64,000 nucleotides of DNA from the NCBI GenBank assembly GCA_030390025.1, contig CM059433.1, positions 21,764,001 to 21,828,000 of the forward strand, given 5' to 3'. The position numbers and the translations under genes were made by a program. This document shows positions 38,752 to 51,161 of the stretch, one piece after another. Source of the stretch: Squalus acanthias. Taxonomy: Eukaryota. How positions within the stretch are numbered: the first letter of the stretch is position 1; each line of letters opens with the position of its first letter. A model generated the notes under the pieces. The model worked only from the letters and a program-made list of their open reading frames with translations. It did no database searches and was not told the origin of the DNA.

Positions 38752-39795
38752 TGTAATGTAAGAAACACAGCAGCCAATTGTATACAGGTCGTACAAATAG
38801 CAATGAGATATAAGACCAAATAATCTGTTTTAGTGGTGTTGGTTGAGGAGACTTCTTTGAATAGTGCCATGGAATCTTTTACATTGACCTAGGAGGGCAG
38901 ACAGGGTCTCGGTTTAACGTCTCATTGGCCCAAAAATTAGTGCCGCTACGCGAGAGTACGCACTGCGTACTCTCGCGTATTCTGTCTCCAATTGCCGGTT
39001 TTCTGCATGCACTGCGCATGCGCTGAAAACCGGCACTTGGTGAATGGAAAAGGGGGCGGTTCCTAGCTGAACCGCGTGCGCGCTACAGGCTGCGCGCATG
39101 CAGTGCACTTAGTGGTTTCAACGCGCAGGTAAGTACGGAAGATTTTACACATAAAAAAAGGAGTAAGACCCACTTTTAACAAGGTAAGTAGTGAATTAAG
39201 TATTATTTTGAATTTTTTTTAACAGGTATATCTTTTTTAGAGACTTTAAAGACAGGTAAGTTTATTTTTATAACTTTTTAAAAGATCTTAAATTTTTTCA
39301 AAAATTTAATTTTTTATTTAAAATGGTTAATTTATTTAACTATACTTATTTTATTAATGTGATGGTTTTTTTTTTAATTTAATTGAGGTTTAGCTGTTAT
39401 TTTGGGGGGCTATAGATTCATAGCTTTCACAGCACTTATGTGAAAGTTATGAATGGAAGATGGTGTGCTGCCATTGGCTCTAACTGAGTCACGTGATCCC
39501 ACAGCTCGCACGAATTAACTACGCCTGTGGGATATGCAAGCCCAGCACAGCAGCTGTCCAGAACATCAAGTTCGTGCGAGCTGGAACTGAAAAAGCCAAC
39601 GCGCAGTGAGAGATCGCGGGGAAGCCTTACCCTCGCACGAAGGCTTCCTCACGAATTTTTGGGCCATTATCTCTGACAATGTAGCACTTTCTCAGCACTG
39701 CATTGATGAAGTGTCAGCTGATGTGTTTAAGTCTCTGGAGTGGAGCTTGAACCCACAACCTTCTGGGTCAGAGTGCATCATGCTAACACTGAGCT
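38752..39795 (-). mobile_element. Deu-domain tRNA-SINE (SacSINE1/AmnSINE-like) interrupted by a MITE; other fragments at 53680-53905 (+) and 55540-55735 (-)
   Basis: Minus strand atgagacgttaaaccgagaccctgtctgccctc...gtaaaagattccatggcacta...aacagattatttggtc...caattggctgctgtgtttcttacattacaa (Deu domain as recalled); B-box-like gggttcaagctcc. Confidence 0.8.
38927..39665. mobile_element. Harbinger-like MITE (739 bp)
   Basis: Perfect TIR GGCCCAAAAATT / AATTTTTGGGCC; 3-bp TSD att (38924-38926, 39666-39668); 16-bp perfect palindrome at 38947-38979. Confidence 0.9.
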
Positions 39796-40455
39796 AAGTC
39801 TGACACCTAAGGGTGTAACTCACAGTCCTTTTGGATAACTGGTAAACTAACAGTTTACAGTGGAAACTAGACACATTTTGCACAAAAAGGCTAGCCTGTG
39901 GAGAAAGCTGATAAAGAGAGGCAGTATCTGGGGCTATTTCAAGGTCAGTAAAGATGGGATCAGCACAAGAGGTTGCAGAATAATTAAGACATCTTTCCAC
40001 TCATGTGGGCTTTGGCATCTTTGTAAGACTCGTTGTCATTGTGGGTGTTCGGTTCTTGGAGATGTCATTTCCAGTGTTTGGACATTGCATAAATATTGAT
40101 TGTTTTTTTTCTTTTGGCAAGAATGATTTCCTATTGTTATGTGCCACAGTGACATCCATTCCTGACTAAAGTGACAGTGCATGCACACATCCACTGTAGC
40201 CAGCAGGCCCCTCTTCAAAGCTCCTCAGCCTATTATGCAGAGAAACATCTATTCCCAACTGTATTTCTCTGCTTCCCAAATTCTCATCTATTTTGCTATT
40301 AAACTGCGGCTAATAGTATGAAATCAAAGTATGAATTATGTCGGCACATCCTGGTCCAATTACTCACCATCCTCTAACCTTCCTTCATGTGAAGAATACA
40401 CTTGTTCCAACTGACCATGTGCAAAGCCACAGGAGATCAACTAGTATTATTACAA

Positions 40456-40685
40456 ATGTGAGAAGTCGCACAACACCAGGTTATAGTCCAACAGCTTTAT
40501 TTGAAATCACAAGCTGTCGGAGCGCTGCTCCTTCGTCATGTGAAGTCTGGTGAAGACTTCACCTGATGAAGGAGCAGCGCTCCGAAAGCTTGTGATTTCA
40601 AATAAAGCTGTTGGACTATAACCTGGTGTTGTGCGACTTCTCACATTTGTCCACCGCAGTCCAACACCGGCATCTCCACATCATC
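40456..40685. mobile_element. Penelope-like terminal fragment forming a ~97-bp near-perfect hairpin
   Basis: 13-bp TSD agtattattacaa (40443-40455, 40686-40698); arms 40452-40548 and 40554-40650, 5-nt loop ggtga. Confidence 0.85.
40559..40595 (+). ncRNA. Minimal type I hammerhead ribozyme motif (sense to CSMD1), identical to 9216-9252
   Basis: CUGAUGA 40563-40569, stem II GGAGC/GCUCC, GAAA 40584-40587, AAGCUU palindrome, stem I UCAC/GUGA. Confidence 0.8.
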
Positions 40686-40869
40686 AGTATTATTACAATT
40701 AGTATTACTTCTATAATACAGTAAAGATTATAGATTCCATGGGTAAATATGTCCAAAAATTGTAATATACATTATGGTAATAAGCTGGTAGATGTAATTA
40801 CATCATTGGGTCTCTGATTATACTTAATACTAATTATTTTGATGGTAGTTGATTAGAAACTAAGAAAAA

Positions 40870-41630
40870 AGGGCTAGATTTTACTGTAGCAGGGCATCTA
40901 ATGACTTCTGCTGTTAGTTAGATTTGCCCCTGCACCCTTCAACTCAAAAGAATTTTGCCCACAGAGTTGCTGAAAGTGTGAGCTGATAATGGTCCAGTGC
41001 GGGCATCTGGGACCTTGGTGAACAGGTCAAGCAACTGTGTATCTCCTTAACCAATCAGATTTACAGATTGGGAAATAAGCAGAGGAAGGACTGAGAAGGA
41101 GGGTGAATTAGAGTGGGTGAATTCGATGTCCAATCAAGTACAGAAAGAGAAATAAAGGGAGGGAAAGAACGATAGGATTAAAAGAGAGAGACAAAAGAGA
41201 TAGAAAGGAAAAGTAAAAAATAAATGTAAAATTTGACATTTAAAAAAATGTCAAAACCTGAAGGAATGAGACTCCACACGTGTAATTGTTAATTTTCAGT
41301 GTCAGAGAGGTTGATTGGCAGTAATGAACAATTATCATGTCGTTAAAAGAGTACTTGCGCTTGTAATTACTAGCCCTAAATATCTTGCGGTAGGTTTAGT
41401 TTGTATCTGCTGCAGCAACTTCATGACATTTAATGCATATCAATGGTGAAGCAGGCAGCGAAATGCCATTTTCGCCAAGCTAATGGCAGAGTGGCGCAAC
41501 TCAGACAACAACTTTCGTCTATTGGCATTTAACTGCGCATCTGCTCCTCGCCTGAAGTTGCTGTAACATTTATGCATAAATAACGGCGAGCGCCATTAGC
41601 CTCACCGTTATTTTGACAGCAAATTCTGGC
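40870..41630. mobile_element. Old TIR-type non-autonomous element
   Basis: gggctagatttt.. / ..aaattctggc ends resembling the other Harbinger-like MITEs; no clear TSD. Confidence 0.45.
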
Positions 41631-41904
41631 TGCAACAGATGTAATCTGATGTGAGTGGAAAGGGAAGCAGAACACCTGGTGTGTGGAGCCCATTTGATCC
41701 AGCTGCACATACTGACATTTGGCACAAGTCTATGAGCTCAATGGGCAGGGATTAAAGGAGGTTGAAGAAGGGAACCAGTCTTGCTCAGGTAGAGTACAAG
41801 AAGTTATTGATAGAACCGATGTGGCTATCCAGAGCTGTATTTATTGAGCCCGAGCAAAGAGCATACCGCAGTGAGCTGGTAATGAAGTAAGATGGGAACA
41901 CCTC

Positions 41905-42605
41905 GATTCGATCACCCCTTAACCTGCTAAACTCAAGGGAATACAAACCACATTTATGTAAAGTGTCTCATAATGTAGCCCTTTAAGCCCCAGTATCAGT
42001 CTGGTGAATCTGTGCTGCACCCCCTCCAAGGCCAATATATCTTTCCTGAGGTGCGGTGCCTAAAACTGATGCAGCACTGCAGATGGGGTCTGACCAAGGC
42101 TCTGTACAACAGAAGCATTACTTCCTCCACTTTGTATTCCAGCCCCCTTGGAGATAAAGGCCAACTTTTATCTTTTAGCTTTTTTGAATACTTTTTATAA
42201 CTGGGCAGTATCTTTTAGTGATTTGCGTACAAGGACATCTAAATCACATTGCTCTTCCACCATTCCTAGCCTCTTACCATGTAGGAAATATTCCGATTTG
42301 TCTTCCTCAGATCCAAAGTGGATGATCTCACACTTCCCCACATTGAACTCCATCCGCCATAGTTTTGCCCACTCACTTAGTTTATCGCAATCAAATCTTA
42401 AGGAAATCTGTACAAATTAAATCTCACGTGATCAAATGGTATGCTTCAAGTTTTTTCCTGGTTAAATCATAGAAACATAGAAAAATAGGAACAGGAGTAG
42501 GCCATTCGGCCCTTCGAGCCTGCTCCACCATTCAATATGATCATGGCTCATCCTCTATCTCAATACCATATCCCTGCTCTCTCCCCATACCCCTTGATGC
42601 CTTTT
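41905..42605 (-). mobile_element. CR1 fragments (41905-42385 RT part; 42467-42605 3' end)
   Basis: ctctccaaggccaatatatc-like, cacttcccccacattgaactcc RT motifs; catagaaacatagaa tail with ggccattcggccc. Confidence 0.8.
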
Positions 42606-42834
42606 GTTTTTTATTTTTATATATTTATTTATATATATATATATTTATATATTTAATTATAGTTATATTTATTTATATATAATATATATTTAACTCGGAT
42701 GATTGTTGGAGGTCGAATTGCAGAAATTGGGAATCTTATCGTCATGTTGAATACTGTTGAAAGGAAAAGTCTTGGGGACTGTGTGCGTAAAACGAATGAA
42801 TAAGTAAACAAGCTTCAGGCAAAACCAGAGATAA

Positions 42835-43015
42835 GAAAATAAGAATGAGAACCTGCAAATGCTGGAAACTTGAAATAACAGAAAAAGCTACACATGCACA
42901 GCAACTCCGTCAGCATGAGTAAAAGGAAAAGACAGGATATGACAACATCAACCATCTTGTTTCTTTATACAGATGCTGGCTGATCCTCTGTGGTTTCCCA
43001 GCACCTTCTGTTTAG
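42835..43015. mobile_element. Degenerate terminal fragments of a second Penelope-like family, inverted pair; related fragment 58213-58293
   Basis: ctgcaaatgctggaaacttgaaataacagaaaa...cagcat followed by the reverse-oriented agatgctggctgatcc...cccagcaccttctgttt. Confidence 0.5.
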
Positions 43016-43568
43016 AGATTAGAAGGTTTTTTTCCCCCCCCCAAGGAGCGGCAGATGTGAAACAGGTTCCGACCAAAACCAGGATAAGAACAGACATGCA
43101 TGAACTAATATTGAATACAGTGATCCCTGTGCAACTGGGCCATGAGAATATCATTTGTGGAATGCAGTGGGTTACAACTCAATAGTGTGGGTTGAATGTC
43201 TTTGAGTTTTGCTCAATTACCATGGGAGATTGGCTGGACAATTCATGCACCTTTTAATCTGTGACTGATTAGAGACTGTCTCGATTTTACCCAGTTTGAT
43301 GGGTAAATTCTTTCTGGTCTGTGCCTTTTCTAATTCTGTACTTTCTTATGTTCTCATTTAGAAGAGACATTGGGACCAATTTTCCTCCATCCTCTTGCGT
43401 CACCATTGGTGGGGTAGAACACATTTGTAATCGGCCAGATCGGAGTGCAGTTGAACCTAGGCCTGGTCTTCATCTGGGTGGGAAAATGCCACCTTGAATG
43501 GAGCAGGCATCCTAGTTTTTTTTTAATGGGCCCTACTGTGCCATATTCAAATGGCAATTGATCCATGA

Positions 43569-44162
<594 letters not shown>

Positions 44163-44659
44163 TGACACTTCATACAGCTAGCCTGGTGATATCATTTCTT
44201 TGTTCTTATTAGCTTTATATCTGTTGATTTTGTAATGATTAGAAAAGTAAACTGAAGGAAGAGAATTTGTGTCTGAATTATACAGAAGTAACATGTTGTA
44301 GAATCTTTTGTGTGGAAGTGTGATTGTTGAGCAATCATTTTTTATTCATCAGATATAAATGGTACTCGGATAACAGCAGTACTGGGCAATATTACAGCTA
44401 CAGTAATATTATCCAGTTACAGTGTAAAATGCACCTCTAAACTTTGGGCAGTCGGTAACTAAACAGATTTAATACTGACTAAGAAGAAAGTTCTACCAAT
44501 TTTTACAACTAACGTAATAGTTTGATTTGCAATACTTAAGAGTGTTTATAGTTTGTGCCCTTATATGTAGTTTGTGTATCAGATCTAACTGTAGTGAGCT
44601 GATCAAGCTGTGCAGAAGTATGAATTTTACTGCAATTAAATGCTGGTTTTGTTGAATAG

Positions 44660-44803
<144 letters not shown>

Positions 44804-44972
44804 TAGCGAATGTTAGTATTCCTATCTATAGACCAAATGCAACAGGAGCATTTTATGCAGCCTTGGTGAAAATCTTTTCCAGGTGCTTAGTTTTATTCAA
44901 TTGCTCACTTAATTAGAGGTAATTTTGCAAGGCCCTGCTCCAGGTGCAGAGCCTCAGTAGACGGGAACATAG

Positions 44973-45816
44973 GGGCGCGATCTTGCCAGCCCTGGGGAGG
45001 CGGGTTTGAAGGCGGGACTGCCGACAAAATGGCAGAATCTGGGGGCGGGTGCCCATCCCGCCGCCAACCCGCTTCCGTGTCATCTTCCCGGGAGGCGGGT
45101 AGCCGACCTGCGCCAGGTCCCGTCTCCTTGGAGGCGGGAAGGGGATTACAGCCACTTAACTGCCTGTTAACAGGCAGTTAACAGGCAGATAAGAGGATTA
45201 TCCCCATTTTACCCACACAAGTGCGGGCTTCCCGAAGGCTGCGAACCCCGCCAGGGTCACCGAGGCGAGCAGTGGGTCTGCGGGGGTTGGAGGGGTGCAA
45301 AAGTGCGCTATGAAGGTCAGTGATGGGTGCAAGTGTGGAGAGGTAAGCATGTGAGGTGAGTGGAAAGTGATAGAAAATGTTTACTTACCTTTGTTTCTTC
45401 CTGCAGGCTTCAACAGTTGGGGATGCTGAGACTCTCGCATCTCACCGGCAGAGATGACAGATGGCTGCTGCATTCTCCAATGCAACAACCATCTAATTCT
45501 GCTCACAAAAGAGGTTTGATGAGTCTTGAATACAAGGACTCATCAAACAACATAGAATGTCAGTGTTTGACAGCTTCACAGAGCTGTCAAACGATGACAA
45601 TTCATCTGTCAAAAATTTTTGACAGATGAAACGTCATACGCTGACGTTCTCTGTAACCGGCTTTCCCTTAATTGGCCTGCTAAGCCCGCTGGGCGGGCTT
45701 AACAAGGTCAATCAAGGAAAATAGCGTGGGTTGGCCAGAAGTCGATGGAGGTGGGACTAAAACCCAACAAGTGGGAGTCCCGCCTCCAAAAGCTCCCCGT
45801 TGGCAAAATCCAGCCC
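44973..45816 (-). mobile_element. Harbinger-like MITE family X copy 2 (inverted relative to copies 1 and 3)
   Basis: TIR gggcgcgatcttgcca / tggcaaaatccagccc, TSD tag/cag; reverse complement of 10656-11495 along its length. Confidence 0.88.
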
Positions 45817-47524
45817 CAGGTCTCAGAATCAGTGCTGTTGTATTGTAGCGCTATCACCAATTTGCGTTCCTATCGCTCAGTGTGAACGGAGCCTCTCACA
45901 ATGACATCAGTTCAGTACGTCAGATAAGCCAAACGAAGAGGATGGCAGCGTCCGAGGCTGGGTTTTGGAGCCTGGGGTGGCACTCCTGCTCCTGCTCCTC
46001 CCAGGCCCACATAAATGAAGAAGAACTCACCTTCGGGATCCTCTTCAGACATATGATACTGGCTGGAGTGTGCACGACCCATACGCTGCCCAGCTCAGTC
46101 CAAAAATGGCAATCGGGGTCCTACATACGTCATACAACCAACGTTGCCTTTGAGCTGTGCACCCACGCAGTGGGTCCAGTCGAAACTTTGAACTTCCCAT
46201 TGGTGTAGTGCTGGACGTGTTAATGCTGTAACTTTTCTATGTTCACTACTAAGTGACAATAAACCATTTATAAATTGAATTTAGTTCCTGTACTCATTTT
46301 AGAGATGAAAGTGAATTCCTATTAATTTGATGTGCTCCCTGACTATCACTGTTGGTGACTTTAGTGGGTCATGCCCCCTGTCCTGCAATGCCAGCTTCAC
46401 ACCAGAGGTGGATAAATGGGAAATACTTTCTGTATTTATGGATTTTGCTGTGCATAGGTTAAGGTGAACAGACTTTACACTGAAAGCACCGCTTCCTACT
46501 GTTACCTCCCCCCGCCCCCCTCATCAGTGACAAGTTATAAAGCAAATTACAATACATTTTTAATCATAAAATATAAAAATCAACAGATGATGTCATCCAG
46601 GGCTTTGGATAACTAAGGATTGTCTGTTCCAAATACCCCAAATGATTATTTCTTTTACAATTTGTGAATCAAACAGCAGGGGTATAACACAGCAAGGCAA
46701 CACAAAATTGGAGACCTGGGGCTCAGTTTTCAGGCCTCCCGCTCAGCAGAAACGGGGCGATAGCACCCCAAAAATGGTGGGCAGTGACCTACCGCCCTGT
46801 TACCACCATCATTGAAGCCATGGCAATGCTCCCCCGCATCTATTGCTGGGCGGCCTGATTAGCCCCCTGAATCAGGCGGTAGGCCCATTTAAAATGATAA
46901 TTGGGGTTGTATGCAATGTTCCCCCCTACTTTTTTTGGTGCTGCATGGCCCCTTTAAGGGGCTGCCCGAGCCATTCAAAATAACACTGGTGCGCGGTTTT
47001 TACAATGAAAAGATGGCAAGCCAGGACAAAACTTTTACTGAAGCAATTGTGACCTCCTGCCAACAACAAACATGGCTGTGCACAGTTTATTTGTAATTTA
47101 ACTGTTACACTCCCACATGTACATCTTAGCAAGCTGCTATTGCAATAATACCTTTATTGTATGCATGTAGCAAGGTTTCATGTTCTATCATTTATGCACT
47201 TGCCAGCACTTAGTGCTTCCTGTCAGGAGAGAAAAAAAAGTTGCCTTAATAGAGGTTCCGATTGTGGTTTCTGCTCTGCTCACTCTCTATCCCTTCTAAA
47301 GGCAGTTTACAGCAGTGAAATGGAGGTGAAGTAGAGGACAAGGATTCATTAATGATAACTCCTGTTTGTCTCGTTCTAAATGTTTCCCCTATCTGCTGCT
47401 TAGCCTAGTAAAAGTAAACAGTCTCTGCTGTTCTGTTGCTAGTATAGGTAACTTGGCTGCTGAAAAGAGATAAGGAAGATGAACAGTTAAGTAACTTGCT
47501 CAATTGTGAATGCAGTTAGTCTGA

Positions 47525-47770
<246 letters not shown>

Positions 47771-50326
47771 TAGAACTGAGAGCGCAACAAATCCAGTATT
47801 TGGCTATGTGACTTACAAGGGCATCATCACCAGTTTTAAAACAATTACATTTTAATTGTGTGTGGGTCATGGTATATTTTGACTTCTCTTATATTATAAT
47901 ACTTATTTTGCATCACGTCTTTGAACTTTTCACATTGCAAATTTGTACTATTTGCATTATTGCCAGATATATTCACTTTCGGAGTGCCATTTGCAAAATT
48001 TTAATATTAGGAGCTTTTCAAAGACTTGGTGGCAGAATGAGGGTTAGTTCTTTTCCATTCACTTCCAGGACCACAGTTTGAATCCAATCCTGATTCCTGA
48101 AATTCTTCTCTGCCAGGTGGTAAAATCCCAACGTGATATGAGTTTGGGTAGTCTCAACACAGTTCCGAATAAGAATGAGTTCACAGCACAATACTGTACT
48201 GTCAAAAATTGGGTACAAATTGACATGAAATTGTCAATGTTCACAGTCTTGTTACAGATGAGTGGTGTGGGAAATGGAAATTCAAACAAGTGCATTGTAC
48301 TTCTAAGGTAAGGATTAAGCAGTGTTGGGGGAACAACCAGTCTAATCACTGGCTCCAAATTTTCATGGGGCCTGGGGCACAATGTCGGGATGTGGGCAGG
48401 AAATCAGGTGGGACCCATAACTGCTGAATCTCCAGCCAGAGGAGTGATCAGTGGGAGTGTGCACGGGAGGGGTTGGGGGGCTGCAGCAGATGGAAGTTCC
48501 GTCCATCCTGTAGAAGACCATGATGTCTGATGGAGGTGGGGCCGGTGGGATGGATTGCTACGCCACTATTCCCAGGGTTCTTGCAAGGAACTCCTAGCAA
48601 TCGGGACACTGGAAAGATAACAGCATCCAGATCCATGGTGGGCTGCAACTGGGGCCGACCAGGCAGTCTAGCCTGGGTGTTGACCTGGAACACACCCTTC
48701 CCCCCCACCCCCCCAAAAGTCTGCAGCCTGGATCAATGGAATCATCGCTCTGATTTAAAAATAAATCTTCCAGTCTCTCTAGCTTCCCCCCCAACATGGT
48801 TTGCAAGCATCACATCTTCCATACAGCTGCTCTTCCCAGCCCAAGGGAAAAATAATCCGTTCCGCAGCACTGACATCTGTAAACCTGACGCACAGAAAAT
48901 GTCACTAAGTAAAATGAGAAGCAAATAAAGAGCTGTCCAATGTTTTTAATTGTGGCGATGTGTGACAGTATATTACTTTATAAAAATGAAGAGCTTCCTT
49001 GAACACAATCAGCGTATTTTGTTTGATTGCATCTTGCCGTTGAGTTCTGCAGCTATTAAACTAGCTGACATTGAAGTAAGTTATTCATAGCAACTTAAGT
49101 TCCCAGTGGAGCCCATTAGTACACAATTTAGTTTGGTTTCATTAGAATAAATTTGTTATAATGACAGCAAGTAAGTATGTAATAACGGCTAGAAAGCTTG
49201 GTGTCATTATTCTCCTATTAAATACTGCATGAAACCCATATTTTTTGCAATAGCAATTATAGGTTTAAATAATAAGTGAAGTTGTATTATATCTATCCTG
49301 GAATTGCTTGTTTATTTTCTGTGCGGTTGTCTTTGGTGACTGTTGAATATTTAAAATGTGTTGCCCATTATATTGGAGATGAGAGTAGATGAAGCAATAT
49401 TTTAAATGCCTCAACTATCTGACAGTGTGATATTCACTTTATCTTACGGCTGCAGGTAGGTTGATGTAATCAATATGAAGTCATATCAAAATTGCTATGT
49501 GTGAATAACTGGTGTGAGGTGTACATTTTCTTGTGTGCTTTAGGCTTTTAGTGAAATTTTAAACTTAAACAAGATAATACTCCATTCACTTTTGAAGAAT
49601 CAATATTATGAAGGGAACTGAACAAGTTAATTGTTCAATATGGTGAATACATGTTCAAAATCAACACGTTCGAAGTAAAAGTATAACAGACATGTGAAAG
49701 CTTTATAAGGATCCGCTGGTGACACAGATCTTCACCAGCCAGGAGTGCGAATCGCAAAATCAGACATGCAGTCGAGTGCTCCCAATTCACAGCGGCCTAC
49801 ATTTTGCACTAAAGAGAAACGTTGCTGATTGGAGACTGTGCTGATGACCATCGCAAGCCTGGTTACAGGTTTAAAAAATTATTTGCTGGATCTTGCGGCT
49901 TTCTCACCACTTTCCCGTCGACAGTGCTGCTCACCAATTGAAGCCACGCAGTACCATGTAGAAGGCCAGGCCTGGCGATATGGCTTCTTAAAGGCTTCAT
50001 TGTACTTTTCTGTTTCAAAAGGGTTTTTTTTTGCTTATAATATTGCTTTATCTGCATTTTATTGCTGCATTTTTTTGTTATTGTTTTGATTATTTTTGCA
50101 CTGCACAACTTTTATTTCCAAATCAGTTGTTTAAAAGCATCTGGGTTCCAAGTGCTATTTTACTTGTAGAACCCATAATGGCCAGAATGGAGAAGGTTTT
50201 GGGGGTTTCAATGGGAAAAAAACTACAGTTGGAAGAAGAAAACCAACTCTTGAGGGTGTAAGATGTTCTGATTGTCTGACAGTTTATAGAGTTCAGACTC
50301 GTGGAACAGACAACTCAAAACCCAAG

Positions 50327-51161
50327 GGGCTGGGTTTTGTGAATGGAGACGAGTTGGAGGCGGGACTGCTGCTTGTTGTGTCAATGTCCCGCCTCCATCA
50401 TCGTCTGACCAACCAGAGGGATTTTCCCCTGATTGACCTTGTTAAGCCCGCCCTGCGGGCTCAGCAGGCCAATTAGGGAGGAAGTCACTGACAGAGCACG
50501 TCAACGTCTGACTTGTTATCTGTCAAGACTTCTTGAAAGAAGAAATGTCAACGTTTGACAGCTCTGTGAAGCTCTCAAACACTGACATTCTCTGTAGTTT
50601 GATGAGACCTTGTGTTCAGGACTCATCAAACCTTTCAACTTTGTCGATTTCAGATGGCTGTTGGTTCGGAGGATCCAGCAGCCAGTCTGTGAAATCGACA
50701 AGGAAGATGTCGGGTCTCCCGATCCAGAGAGGATGAAGGCTGTAGAAAGAAAACAAGGTAAGTGAACATTTTTAAACATTTATCACTCACCTTCCATACT
50801 TACCACTCCACACTTGCACCCATCACTCACCTCTACATCTTACTTCCAGGTGCCTCCGACCCCTGCAGACCTCCTTCACATCTCTTCCAACCTGGCGGGG
50901 TTCTCCGAGGTCGGGAAGCCTTCACCTGAGAAGACAAAATGGCACTAATCCTTTTTCCTGCCTGTTAACAGGCAGTTAAAAGGATTTAATCCCTTTCCCG
51001 CCTCCAGGAGATGGGAACGGAAGCAGCACATCTTCCCGTCTCCTGGCAAAAGGGCACGGAGGCGGGATGGGGGCAGCTTTGCCATCCGCCCCCACTTTCT
51101 GCTACTTCATCGGCAGTCCCGCCTCCCTGCCCGCCTCCTCGGGGCTGAGAAAATCCAGCCC
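50327..51161 (+). mobile_element. Harbinger-like MITE family X copy 3 (more diverged)
   Basis: TIR gggctgggtttt / aaaatccagccc; collinear with 10656-11495. Confidence 0.85.

Noticed and set aside
45836..46310. Possible additional solo LTRs (also ~10060-10345 and ~50257-51700)
   Set aside because: LTR-like composition and AATAAA, but I could not fix both TG...CA termini and a TSD.
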